From contig OY843584.1 of NCBI GenBank assembly GCA_963692915.1, positions 384,001-448,000 on the forward strand: a DNA stretch of 64,000 bases, read 5' to 3'. Below are positions 1 through 9,354 of the stretch, piece after piece; within the stretch, counting starts at the first letter, position 1; the number at the start of each line of letters is the position of its first letter. This stretch comes from Cenarchaeum sp. (lineage in GTDB: Archaea > Thermoproteota > Nitrososphaeria > Nitrososphaerales > Nitrosopumilaceae). The notes under the pieces were generated by a model. That model was not told where the DNA came from and made no database searches. It was given only the letters and a program-made list of their open reading frames with translations. The position numbers and the translations under genes are program-made.

Positions 1-2
1 CA

Positions 3-1661
3 ACGCTAAAGCGCGGCGTGCACGTTGACCTCTATCGGACATTCTCCAACAGGGCATTTCAGGTCTATGCGTTCTCCAACAAGTACTCTAGCTATTCGCT
101 CAACAGCGTCTCCCTTGCGCTCCTCGGCGAGGAAAAGCTCGACCATGGCGTGCCGCTCGGCGAGCTCACCGCCGAGCAGCTTGCAGCCTATTGCTATAAT
201 GATGCGCTCTTGACGTACAAGCTGACTAGCTTTGGCGGGGATCTCCTGATGAACCTCCTCGTCGTGATATCGCGAATAGCAAAGATGCCCATAGATGACA
301 TTGCGCGCCTCGGCGTCTCTCAGTGGATACGCAGCCTCCTGTATTACGAGCACCGCAAGCGCAACATCCTGATACCGCGGCGCTCGGAGCTAGAGGCAAA
401 GTCAGTCAACGCGACGACCGAGGCGGCAATAAAGGACAAAAAGTACCGTGGAGGCCTAGTCGTGGATCCAAAGCAGGGCATCCACTTTGATGTCACGGTG
501 ATGGACTTTGCGAGCCTGTATCCGAGCATCATAAAGGTCCAAAACCTCTCATACGAGACGGTTCGGTGCCCGCATGAGGAGTGCAAAAAGAACACGGTTC
601 CAGACACGTCACACTGGGTTTGCAAAAAGCGCAACGGGATGACTTCGCTCCTCATAGGGTCACTGCGCGACCTGCGCGTCAACTATTACAAGAGCCTCGC
701 GCGCGATGAGTCACTCGACGAGATGGCCCGCCAGCAGTACTCTGTTGTAAGCCAGGCCCTCAAGATAATACTCAACGCAAGCTATGGCGTCATGGGAGCA
801 GAAATGTTTCCGCTCTACTTTTTGCCGGCCGCCGAGGCGACAACTGCAATAGGGCGCCACATAATCATGGACACGATATCAAAGTGCAAGGCGTCTGACA
901 TTGATGTACTCTATGGTGACACTGACTCGATATTCATAAAAAAGCCAACGTCAGAGCAGGTTCTCCAGGTCATCGAGGGCGCAAAGTCCGACCACGGCGT
1001 AGAGCTCGAGATAGACAAAGAGTACCGCTATGTCGTCCTGAGCGACAGGAAAAAGAACTATCTTGGAGTCACAAAGTCCGGCAAGGTCGACATCAAGGGA
1101 CTCACGGGCAAAAAGTCGCACACGCCGCCCTTTATACGCACGCTCTTTTACGAGATAACGGACATCCTCTCTGATGTGTCCAACGAGGATGACTTTGAGC
1201 GCATAAAGGTGAGGATAACAGAGAAGATGCGCAAGTGCGCCGACAGCCTAAAGGCGCGTGAGATACCAATTGCCGACCTTGCGTTCAACGTCATGCTGAG
1301 CAAGTCGCCCTCCGAGTACACAAAGGCCATACCTCAGCACATAAAGGCCGCAGTGCAGCTGGAGCGGGCAACAAGCTTGGCGGGGGACATGTCCTCGTAC
1401 ATCCCCGAGAAGGCAGGTGGACAGCGCCCCCCCACGCGCAAGATCAAAAAGGGCGACATTATATCATATGTCAAGACCGTCACAAAGCCCGGCGTAAAGC
1501 CCGTCGAGCTAGCGACGCCTGAGGAGGTTGACTCGGGCAAGTATATGGAGTTCATGGAGTCAACGCTTGACCAGATAACGTCGGTTCTCGGAATGGACTT
1601 TGAGGGCATTATGGGCAACAAGAAACAGTCAGACATACTCGACTTTTTCCACAAGCCATAG
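3..1661 (+). CDS. polB: Family B DNA polymerase (PolB1-type), 5' part outside window
   Basis: Motifs DFASLYPSII, KIILNASYG, YGDTDS, KKNYLG; frame is open from the window start. Confidence 0.97.
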   Translation, partial: TLKRGVHVDLYRTFSNRAFQVYAFSNKYSSYSLNSVSLALLGEEKLDHGVPLGELTAEQLAAYCYNDALLTYKLTSFGGDLLMNLLVVISRIAKMPIDDIARLGVSQWIRSLLYYEHRKRNILIPRRSELEAKSVNATTEAAIKDKKYRGGLVVDPKQGIHFDVTVMDFASLYPSIIKVQNLSYETVRCPHEECKKNTVPDTSHWVCKKRNGMTSLLIGSLRDLRVNYYKSLARDESLDEMARQQYSVVSQALKIILNASYGVMGAEMFPLYFLPAAEATTAIGRHIIMDTISKCKASDIDVLYGDTDSIFIKKPTSEQVLQVIEGAKSDHGVELEIDKEYRYVVLSDRKKNYLGVTKSGKVDIKGLTGKKSHTPPFIRTLFYEITDILSDVSNEDDFERIKVRITEKMRKCADSLKAREIPIADLAFNVMLSKSPSEYTKAIPQHIKAAVQLERATSLAGDMSSYIPEKAGGQRPPTRKIKKGDIISYVKTVTKPGVKPVELATPEEVDSGKYMEFMESTLDQITSVLGMDFEGIMGNKKQSDILDFFHKP

Positions 1662-1710
1662 ACTACACTCAAATAGTAACGCCTGCACGCCTGCTCGCAC
1701 AGGGAAACCA

Positions 1711-2379
1711 ATGATCATCGTAAACTGCAAAAACTATGCCGAGGCCACGGGGCGCGGACTCGCCCGGCTCGTGCGCGCCGCCGAGGCCGCATCTGCGCGC
1801 CACGGGACGCGCATCGCAATAGCGCCACCTCCGCACCTCCTCTCGTCGGTTCGCTCGCGCCGCGTCCTCACGTTTGCGCAGCATGCCGATGACAGGGACA
1901 CCGGCAGCACCACGGGATACGTCGTGCCCGAGCTCCTCCATGCAGCCGGCGTGTCCGGCTCGATCATAAACCACAGCGAGCATCGTGTGCGACCCGCCGA
2001 GCTGCGCGCCGTCATATCGCGCCTGCGCGGACTTGGCATGACCTCGGTCGCCTGCGCGCGAAGCGTGGCAGAGACTGCCAAGATCGCCTCCCTTGGCCCG
2101 GACTATGTCGCAATAGAGCCACCATCGCTCATAGGGTCGGGGATCGCAATATCGCGTGCCCGCCCCGGCCTCATCCGCGACGCTGCAGCGGCACTCGCGC
2201 GCAGTCGCGCACGCCTCCTGTGCGGCGCCGGCATTGTCACCGGCGAGGACGTCTCACGCGCCATCGAGCTTGGCTCAGAGGGCATACTTGTGGCAAGCGG
2301 CATCGTGCGCGCCCGCTCCCCGGCGCGCGCCCTCTCCGAGCTTGCATCGCGCATGCCGCGAACCGGCCGGCGCGCATGA
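1711..2379 (+). CDS. tpiA: Triosephosphate isomerase (archaeal type)
   Basis: MIIVNCKNY, NHSEHR, AIEPPSLIGSG, LCGAGI, GILVASG; start moved to ATG 1711. Confidence 0.95.
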   Translation: MIIVNCKNYAEATGRGLARLVRAAEAASARHGTRIAIAPPPHLLSSVRSRRVLTFAQHADDRDTGSTTGYVVPELLHAAGVSGSIINHSEHRVRPAELRAVISRLRGLGMTSVACARSVAETAKIASLGPDYVAIEPPSLIGSGIAISRARPGLIRDAAAALARSRARLLCGAGIVTGEDVSRAIELGSEGILVASGIVRARSPARALSELASRMPRTGRRA

Positions 2380-2527
2380 CGTGGCCTGCCTGAATTGCAT
2401 GGTGTCCGCGTCCACATTTGAGGCTCGCGACTTGATGCGGCCCACATGGGCGTGTCCCTGCCGGCACGGGCACCGAGCCCGCCTGACGGCACGGGAATGA
2501 GTTTATAACCGCATTTGGATGCCGCGC

Positions 2528-2965
2528 ATGGCATTGAGCGAAGAGAGGGCACAGCAACTCTACGAGCACGTCGCCGCACTAGAGTCGCAATACTCGGAGA
2601 CTATTCGGCGCGAGTCGATGCTAGCCACTGCGCACCGTGACGCGCAGGCGGCGGCAACGACGCTGCGAGCAGCCGATGGCGGCTCGGCCATCGACGCGTT
2701 CATTCCCGTCGGCTCGGGCGTCTTTTTTGGCGCGCGTGTGGACAAGCCTGACAGGGTGATCATCGACATTGGGGCAGGAGTCGCCCTCTCCAAGAGCCGC
2801 GCGGCCGCCCTTGACCTCGTCGAGGGGCACATAAAGGAGCTCGGGGTTGCACTAGGCAACGCAGCCGAGAGCAAGAGGCAGATCGCCGGACAGATGCAGC
2901 AGGGGCGCATGGAGCTTGAACGCATAGCCCACTCTGCGGTGGCTGACGCAGGGAGAAATGTTTGA
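2528..2965 (+). CDS. pfdA: Prefoldin alpha subunit
   Basis: Coiled coil/beta-hairpin pattern IPVGSGVF...VIIDIGAGVA; usual position upstream of ftsY. Confidence 0.88.
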   Translation: MALSEERAQQLYEHVAALESQYSETIRRESMLATAHRDAQAAATTLRAADGGSAIDAFIPVGSGVFFGARVDKPDRVIIDIGAGVALSKSRAAALDLVEGHIKELGVALGNAAESKRQIAGQMQQGRMELERIAHSAVADAGRNV

Positions 2966-3878
2966 GGGCCTTCGCGGGACGCTCTCCGGCGTTGCGCGGG
3001 CCATAACGGAGAAGGAGATTGACGGCGGTGACGTTGATGCCGTCATGGCCGAGCTTGACATTGCGCTCCTGGAGGCAGACGTTGCAGTTGATGTCATTGA
3101 CTCGATAAAGTCCGACCTGCGCAAGGCGCTCACCGGCTCGTCAGTAAAGAGGGGGGACGTGGGAGAGTTTGTGCGCGACAGGCTAGTTGGGTATGTCACC
3201 GAGGCATTTGAGGCGACCGGAACGATTGACCTCGCAAAGATGATATGCGCAAAGCGTGGTTCAGGCTCCCCGTTTGTCATTGTGTTTGTGGGGATCAACG
3301 GCACGGGCAAGACCACGACGCTCGCAAAGGTTGCCCATGCGCTTGCTGCCTCGGGCGTGACGTCCGTAGTCGCCGCCGCAGACACGTTTCGGTCTGGTGC
3401 AATCGAGCAGCTTCGCGCACACACTGATGCGCTGGGGATCCACCTCGTTGCGCAAAACTATGGCTCCGATCCGGCTGCTGTCTCGCGCGATGCCGTCCTC
3501 TATGCGCGCTCGCATGGCGTGGACTGCGTGCTCGTTGACACTGCGGGGCGAATGCAGACCAACCGCAACCTCATGGACCAGGTCACCAAGATAGTCTCAG
3601 TCACGTCGCCTGACCTAAAGGTCTTCGTCGGCGACTCGCTTGCGGGCAACGACACGGCAAGCCAGGCGCGTGAGTTCCACTCGCACGTCGGAGTTGATGC
3701 GGCAATCCTCACAAAGGCCGATGGCGGGGGCGGGGGCGGCGCGGCCCTCTCGATAGTGAGCATAACCTCAGCACCCATAGTGTATGCCGGCACGGGGCAG
3801 GAATACGGCGACCTTGAGGCCTTTGACTCTCGCGCCTTTGTCGACTCTGTCTTTGGCTCCGGGGGGGACACGCCGTGA
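2958..3878 (+). CDS. ftsY: Signal recognition particle receptor FtsY
   Basis: ALLEADV, GINGTGKTTT, DTFR, DTAGR, TKAD, GTGQ motifs. Confidence 0.96.
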   Translation: MFEGLRGTLSGVARAITEKEIDGGDVDAVMAELDIALLEADVAVDVIDSIKSDLRKALTGSSVKRGDVGEFVRDRLVGYVTEAFEATGTIDLAKMICAKRGSGSPFVIVFVGINGTGKTTTLAKVAHALAASGVTSVVAAADTFRSGAIEQLRAHTDALGIHLVAQNYGSDPAAVSRDAVLYARSHGVDCVLVDTAGRMQTNRNLMDQVTKIVSVTSPDLKVFVGDSLAGNDTASQAREFHSHVGVDAAILTKADGGGGGGAALSIVSITSAPIVYAGTGQEYGDLEAFDSRAFVDSVFGSGGDTP

Positions 3879-4783
3879 GGTCGCGCCGGCCGTTCCACCT
3901 CCTCACGCTAGGCGAGCTCAGCGCGCGCCAGGCGGGACTGCTAGTCGAGCGCGCCAGGCGCCTAAAGCGCTCCCCGTCCTCGCGCACCGCACCGCTAGCG
4001 CGCCGCTCGATGGCGATGATCTTTGCAAAGCCGTCCACGCGCACGCGCGTCAGCTTTGAGGTCGCAATGACCCAGCTCGGCGGCCACACCATACCGCTAG
4101 AGGGCTCCAAGATGCAGACCTCGCGCGGCGAGTCCCTGGCCGACACGGCGCGCACGCTCTCCAGGTATGTTGATGTTATCATGGCCCGCGTGTACGACCA
4201 TGCGGACATTGAAGAGCTTGCGCAGAGCGCCTCTGTTCCGGTGATAAACGGACTGTCAAACTCGTTTCACCCGTGCCAGACGCTCGCTGACCTCTTGACC
4301 ATACGCGAGCACAAGGGACGCCTCTCGGGCGTGCGCGTCGCGTGGGTCGGTGACGGAAACAACGTGTGCAACTCGCTCATACACGGGTGCGCCCTGACGG
4401 GCATGGAGATCAGCATTGCGACGCCTCCTGGATTCAGGCCGGATCCTGCCGTGGTCAGGTCAGCAAGGGAGCAGACTGCCGTTACAGTCGTCTCGAGTCC
4501 CGAGCGTGCCGTGCGTGGTGCAGATGTCGTGGTCACTGACACGTTCTCGTCAATACACGACAAGGGCTCATCGAGAAAGAAAAAGTTCCTGCCACGCTAC
4601 CGTGTCACTGACAGGCTCATGGCAATGGCCGACAAGGACGCGCTGTTCCTGCACTGCCTGCCGGCAAAGCGCGGCGAGGAGGTCAGCGCGTCAGTCATCG
4701 ACGGCCCGCAGTCAGTTGTGTGGGACGAGGCCGAGAACCGCCTCCATGCGCAAAAGGCACTCCTCCTCTGGCTGCTCGAGTAG
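3875..4783 (+). CDS. argF: Ornithine carbamoyltransferase
   Basis: STRTRVSF, HPCQ, GDGNNV, HCLP, AENRLH. Confidence 0.96.
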   Translation: MRSRRPFHLLTLGELSARQAGLLVERARRLKRSPSSRTAPLARRSMAMIFAKPSTRTRVSFEVAMTQLGGHTIPLEGSKMQTSRGESLADTARTLSRYVDVIMARVYDHADIEELAQSASVPVINGLSNSFHPCQTLADLLTIREHKGRLSGVRVAWVGDGNNVCNSLIHGCALTGMEISIATPPGFRPDPAVVRSAREQTAVTVVSSPERAVRGADVVVTDTFSSIHDKGSSRKKKFLPRYRVTDRLMAMADKDALFLHCLPAKRGEEVSASVIDGPQSVVWDEAENRLHAQKALLLWLLE

Positions 4784-5140
4784 GCCCCTAGCGCATGGCA
4801 TCGGCAATCAGGCCGTAGAGAAAGTAAAACGCGATTCCGCCGCCGATTATGGCTACCCATGCGGCGATGGCACGCATCCTTGACACGCTCTCGGCACTCC
4901 GAGTGTCCCTAAATGAACGTATGCGGCAGTGGCGTCTGGGGTGACAGTCTTGGTGGCATGCTTGCCATTGGTGCCCTGCCTGGGCGCACTAGGCACAACT
5001 GGACCGGGCTGCAGTTAAATTGTGCTACTGGAACCGTGCGCCATGAATACGTGGTGTGGCAGCCGCCGCGTGAGCTATACGCACCTCGCAGGTCAGCGAA
5101 TCGGGGTGCCTGGCACTTGACACGCGCAAATGGCCCTGAT

Positions 5141-5659
5141 GTGGGTCTTGACTACGAGATACGACAAAAATACCTCAATCGCAAGGCAGACTGCAACATT
5201 GAGCCGTTTTTAAGGATGTTGAGAGTCCATGACCTAATAGAATGTGATGCCAACCCGCGCAAGGCAACGACGAAAACGCGGATCAAGATTCAGAAATTTG
5301 TGTATTTTGCACAAAAGTGTTTTGGATTGGAATTTCGCTATAGGCACACGCTGTACATCTATGGGCCATACTCGTTAGCGCTCGCCACTGACTATTTCCG
5401 AATCAAGGATATTGCAAACATTCCCGACGGTGGCCTGGATGACTGGAATCGCCGAGATGAATTCCTGGAATTTGCAAAGAAACACAATGATGAAACGTGG
5501 CTGGAGATTGGCGGCACCTTGGTGCATTTGTACAAGTCTGGCCACAAATCAATGGAAGACTTGATCAAATATGCCCATGTAGTTAAGCGCAAATATCCCA
5601 AAGAGCTCATAGAGAGTGTCTGCTCTGACCTGCAAGGTGCTGAACTGATAAAACTGTGA
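5141..5659 (+). CDS. YwgA/SocA(Panacea)-like protein in an AT-richer islet; start uncertain (GTG 5141 chosen over ATG 4913)
   Basis: IKIQKFVYFAQ...Y.HTLYIYGPYS.AL matches the QK-x-x-YF...YGPYS signature; codon usage visibly more AT-rich than flanks. Confidence 0.6.
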   Translation: MGLDYEIRQKYLNRKADCNIEPFLRMLRVHDLIECDANPRKATTKTRIKIQKFVYFAQKCFGLEFRYRHTLYIYGPYSLALATDYFRIKDIANIPDGGLDDWNRRDEFLEFAKKHNDETWLEIGGTLVHLYKSGHKSMEDLIKYAHVVKRKYPKELIESVCSDLQGAELIKL

Positions 5660-5973
5660 TCTTTATGAGATTGCCGTGATAGATAACACTGATTGTACTC
5701 GACATGGCCTTCATCATCTGCACAAATAGTGTGAGCAGCAAGGCCATTTGGCACCGCCACCATAAATTGAGCCAATCGCCGCAGTGTGCTGCTGCGTGTG
5801 GGCGCATTGGGCGCACTCGCCTCTGGCGCGTCAGGGATCAGATGCCTGTTTTATGGCCTGTGCTGTGCTCAGGACCAATTGCGCGGGCATGACCATGGGA
5901 CATCTGTGATCGCTTTTGTGTTGGGATTTGCGCGACCATCGGCAGCACGCACACGCGTGTCGCGAGGATTTGG

Positions 5974-6051
5974 TGGCGGACCCGACCGGACTCGAACCGG
6001 CGACCTAGCGCTCCGCAAGCGCTCGCACTATCCATGCTATGCAACGGGTCC
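5974..6051 (-). tRNA. tRNA-Arg(GCG), CCA encoded
   Basis: Reverse complement folds to cloverleaf GGACCCG...CGGGTCC-G-CCA; anticodon arm AGCGC-TTGCGGA-GCGCT; T-loop TTCGAGT. Confidence 0.96.
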
Positions 6052-6120
6052 GACGCGAGGCCGCAGGCGCCTCTTAATGTTGTTTGCGCAGTGCCCACGC
6101 ACAGGCGGGGAAGGAGATGT

Positions 6121-6198
6121 TGGCGGACCCGACCGGATTCGAACCGGCGACCTGGCGCTCCGGAAGCGCCCGCACTATCCATGCTATGCAACGAGTCC
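6121..6198 (-). tRNA. tRNA-Arg(CCG), CCA encoded
   Basis: Cloverleaf; anticodon arm GGCGC-TTCCGGA-GCGCC; T-loop TTCGAAT. Confidence 0.96.
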
Positions 6199-6289
6199 GC
6201 CCTGCGCCCCGCAGGGGTCGCTTTATTCTGTTTGCCCCGCGTGGCCTCTGGCGCGAGGCTTAATAGAATCGGCCCCCTGCGGCCAGGCC

Positions 6290-6676
6290 ATGAGGACGTA
6301 CACGGCACTGCTCATCGCTGGCATGGCGGCCATTGGCGTGATCGCCACAGTCGTGGCAGTCGACATTGGGCGCATCACGATCGCAACGCAGGACTATGAC
6401 ATCCGCGTGGACCCCATAGTCGACAGGCAGAACCTCTTTACGACGGCGAGGGTCACGGTCCAGAACATCGGCGCACGCGACCTCTCTGGCGTGACGGTCA
6501 ACTTTGGCGGCGGCGACACGCTCCTCATAGGCGACCTTGCCGCCGGTGAGCAGATGATAGTCTCGCCTCCGGCGGGCAACGCCATGGAGATGGTCGCAGT
6601 GACTGCAGACGGCGGCGTGCTTGCAGTCAGCGAGTACCGCGAACCCCCAAAGATGGTCGGCATGATGGGCTCCTAG
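6290..6676 (+). CDS. Hypothetical protein, N-terminal membrane anchor plus small beta-rich domain
   Basis: ATG 6290 downstream of a TTAATA box; hydrophobic N-terminus; longer ORF overlaps the tRNAs. Confidence 0.7.
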   Translation: MRTYTALLIAGMAAIGVIATVVAVDIGRITIATQDYDIRVDPIVDRQNLFTTARVTVQNIGARDLSGVTVNFGGGDTLLIGDLAAGEQMIVSPPAGNAMEMVAVTADGGVLAVSEYREPPKMVGMMGS

Positions 6677-7540
6677 TCAGCGTCTTACCTGCATTGCAAT
6701 TACTGTTGACATTATCTTTGCGGCCAGGGCTGCAGTGGCGCCGTTGTCGCAGGCGGGGTTGAGCTCTACAATGTCGGCGCAAACAATCCTGGTCTCGAGC
6801 AGCGCACCGACCATGGAGAACAGCTCGCGCGATGTCATGCCGTCAGCCTCGGGATTGCCCACTCCGGGCGCGTATGCGGGATCTAGCGCGTCAAGATCAA
6901 AGCTCGCATACGCAGAATCGTACGACGAGAGTGCGTCGGCTACCATGGCCGGGCCCCTCCCGTCGCGCACGTCAGCCTCCGTGACAGTCGTTATCTTGCT
7001 GTCAGAGAGAAACGCGAGCTCCTCGGCGGCAAATGCCCTTGCGCCGACATGAACGATCCCCTCGCCGCCCCTGGCCTCGACTAGCCTGCGAAGGTATGAC
7101 GCGTGGCTCTGGCGTGCGCCGGCGTACGAGTCCCTGAGGTCATAGTGCGCATCAAAGACGACGTATCCGGTGTCGGCGCCAAACTGCGCATAGCTCCCAA
7201 GCGTCAGTAGGTGCTCGCCGCCGAGTATGACAGTCGGCATTGCGCTAGCTGCAAGCTCGGCTGTCACCCTGCCGACCATCTCTAGCATCTCTGAGGCGAC
7301 TACGGTCTGCTTTAGGTTCCCGTGGTCTGCGATGGCGACGCCCTCGAGGTCAACACCGAGGCCGGCGTGAAACACCTCTATGTTGTTGAACGCCTCACGT
7401 ATGGCGTCCGGACCAAAGCGCGTGCCCGGCCTGTACGAGTGCGTCGAGTCAAAGGGCACGCCAAAGACTGCTGCCCTCGCCTCGCCGTCGCCTCCCACAA
7501 TGAGCGGGCCGCCGCCAGAGTATAGCTCTAGATAGCTCAA
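6677..7540 (-). CDS. speB: Agmatinase (ureohydrolase family)
   Basis: GVPFD, GTRFGP, GGEH, DAHYD, DLDALDP, ELNP. Confidence 0.92.
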   Translation of the reverse strand: MSYLELYSGGGPLIVGGDGEARAAVFGVPFDSTHSYRPGTRFGPDAIREAFNNIEVFHAGLGVDLEGVAIADHGNLKQTVVASEMLEMVGRVTAELAASAMPTVILGGEHLLTLGSYAQFGADTGYVVFDAHYDLRDSYAGARQSHASYLRRLVEARGGEGIVHVGARAFAAEELAFLSDSKITTVTEADVRDGRGPAMVADALSSYDSAYASFDLDALDPAYAPGVGNPEADGMTSRELFSMVGALLETRIVCADIVELNPACDNGATAALAAKIMSTVIAMQVRR

Positions 7541-7706
7541 TGCCTGCGCGCCGCAGCGCCCAACTATAACAAACTATTGCCGGTGCCCCGCAGGCCTGCT
7601 GTGTCGTGAGACGGGATATGGCCACCGCGCTTGCGCGCATCCACGCCGCTGCCACGTGCGCGCGGGCGCGAAACTGTTTTTAGAGCGCCTTGCGGCCGCC
7701 GTGGGC

Positions 7707-8435
7707 GTGGAGATTCAGCAGGCATACCGTGAGCTCGACGTTGGCGAGTCATTCACGCAGGACGAGATAAAGGCAAGGTACCGCAAGCTCGTCCTCGAGC
7801 TCCATCCTGACCGCAGCGGGGCGCAGACTGGCGAGCGCCTCGGGAGGGTCACAGAGGCATACCACACGCTAATGGAGTCCTCAAGCCACCGTGCGGCCGC
7901 ACGCGAGCAGCGCGAGGCGCAGGGCGCACGCAACGCGAGTCGCCAGACGCCCCACGCGCAGCGGCGCGGCATGGCCGGAAGGGCCGACTCGGAGCCGCCC
8001 ACGGAGGACTGGTCAAGGTTCACCTCAGAGTTTGAGGCCGACGAGTCGTTCTGGAAAGAGTACGAGCGCAACTTTTGGCAGGATTACGAGAGGCGGCGCG
8101 CCGACACGTCCGGCGAGCCGGCCGAGCAGTCCACCGGCGGAGATGCGCAGGGCCAGGATGCCGAACCGGCGCAGCAGCCGACGGCGCGGACGCGTGCGGT
8201 TCCTCGCATGGACGTGAACATCGACAAGAGCCTGTGCATTGGGTGCTGCAGTTGCGAGACTATCGCCCCGTCGGTGTTCTGCGTCGACAAGGAGTCGCAG
8301 GTGAACCCAAAGTCCAGCGTGACAGACCCCCTAGGTGCTGATGCAGAGACCATAATGGATGCCGCCGAGACGTGCCCGACAAAGGCCATCATTGTCAACG
8401 ATATGGCCAGGCGCAGGCGCATATACCCGCTCTAG
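7707..8435 (+). CDS. DnaJ-ferredoxin fusion protein
   Basis: J domain (YRKLVLELHPD) and C-terminal CIGCCSC...CP ferredoxin; start GTG approximate. Confidence 0.9.
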   Translation: MEIQQAYRELDVGESFTQDEIKARYRKLVLELHPDRSGAQTGERLGRVTEAYHTLMESSSHRAAAREQREAQGARNASRQTPHAQRRGMAGRADSEPPTEDWSRFTSEFEADESFWKEYERNFWQDYERRRADTSGEPAEQSTGGDAQGQDAEPAQQPTARTRAVPRMDVNIDKSLCIGCCSCETIAPSVFCVDKESQVNPKSSVTDPLGADAETIMDAAETCPTKAIIVNDMARRRRIYPL

Positions 8436-8845
8436 GAATTTCGAATCGCGTCAAGCTCGGATGCGAGATCCGCGTCATCTGCCCTTGCCCCGGCGGCGCC
8501 GAACATGGAGTGGACAGGTCCGGCCCCGTCACCGGCGCTTCGCGGTATTATGTGAACGTGGACGTGCTGAACCTCCTGGCCGGCTAGCTTCCCATTGTGA
8601 ACTGCAACTAGCGCATCGCCGTGGAGGCGCCTAATGCGTGCGGCAACACGCCTTGCAAGCTCAAACGTCGCGGCGCACTCGGCCTCGCCCATCTCCTCCA
8701 TGCGCTCCCTGTGTGCCCTTGGCACGACTAGGGAGTGGCCGCGCGCAAGCGGAAACGCATCGAGGAATGCGATCGCAAGGTCTGACTCTTCTATGACGTG
8801 CGCACTGATGCCGCCTGATGCAATCTCGCAGAATATGCACGTCAA
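8432..8845 (-). CDS. HIT family nucleotide hydrolase
   Basis: CIFC start, HVHVHIIP histidine triad. Confidence 0.95.
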   Translation of the reverse strand: MTCIFCEIASGGISAHVIEESDLAIAFLDAFPLARGHSLVVPRAHRERMEEMGEAECAATFELARRVAARIRRLHGDALVAVHNGKLAGQEVQHVHVHIIPRSAGDGAGPVHSMFGAAGARADDADLASELDAIRNS

Positions 8846-8852
8846 TGGACGC

Positions 8853-9143
8853 TCACCGCATTTCCGCTATGCGTGCCCATGCAAGATCCTTGCCATAGAC
8901 TATCGTCACGTTGGTTCCGACTGGCACATCGCACCCTGATATCGTCTTTGGCACGCCGTCTGCCGAATCCGCATAGCACACGCCGTCGGCGCTTGCGAGG
9001 ATCGTCGTCTCCTCATACACGTCCTCGCGTATGAGGTTCCAGAACGGAAAGACTAGAGTGGCGATGACGATTCCGGCTCCTGCTATGGCGCCAAGAAATA
9101 TGATCGTGTGCTTTTTGGACTCGTCGATCTCCAAGGCTACCAC
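8853..9143 (-). CDS. Small membrane protein with Cys pair
   Basis: TM segment IIFLGAIAGAGIVIATLVFPFW; real start probably GTG 9143 or a nearby TTG. Confidence 0.65.
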   Translation of the reverse strand: MVALEIDESKKHTIIFLGAIAGAGIVIATLVFPFWNLIREDVYEETTILASADGVCYADSADGVPKTISGCDVPVGTNVTIVYGKDLAWARIAEMR

Positions 9144-9301
9144 ATCCCACCGTCGCCGCCCTGCGCGTCGGGCTTTTTCTCTGGCACATTGCCGTGGGCC
9201 TTCTTGGCGTGGCGGGCGAGGCGCTCTGGCGTGTGGAGCTCCATGCCGCACTCGTGGCACTTTGTGCCGCCGTCGTCCTTGTGCCTTCCAAATAGGCCCA
9301 T
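9137..9301 (-). CDS. 54-aa C2H2 zinc-finger microprotein (not in ORF track)
   Basis: Hand translation MGLFGRHKDDGGTKCHECGMELHTPERLARHAKKAHGNVPEKKPDAQGGDGGMW: CxxC-x12-H-x4-H; TATA-like element ~25 nt upstream. Confidence 0.8.
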   Translation of the reverse strand: MGLFGRHKDDGGTKCHECGMELHTPERLARHAKKAHGNVPEKKPDAQGGDGGMW

Positions 9302-9354
9302 GTGCGCCCCCGTGCTGCAAATGTATTATAAGGATATGTGGCGCGCACGCGACC

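Noticed and set aside
5786-6289. N-terminal extension with a duplicated GGPDR.RTGDLALRKR peptide
   Set aside because: It is the antisense translation of the two tRNA-Arg genes.
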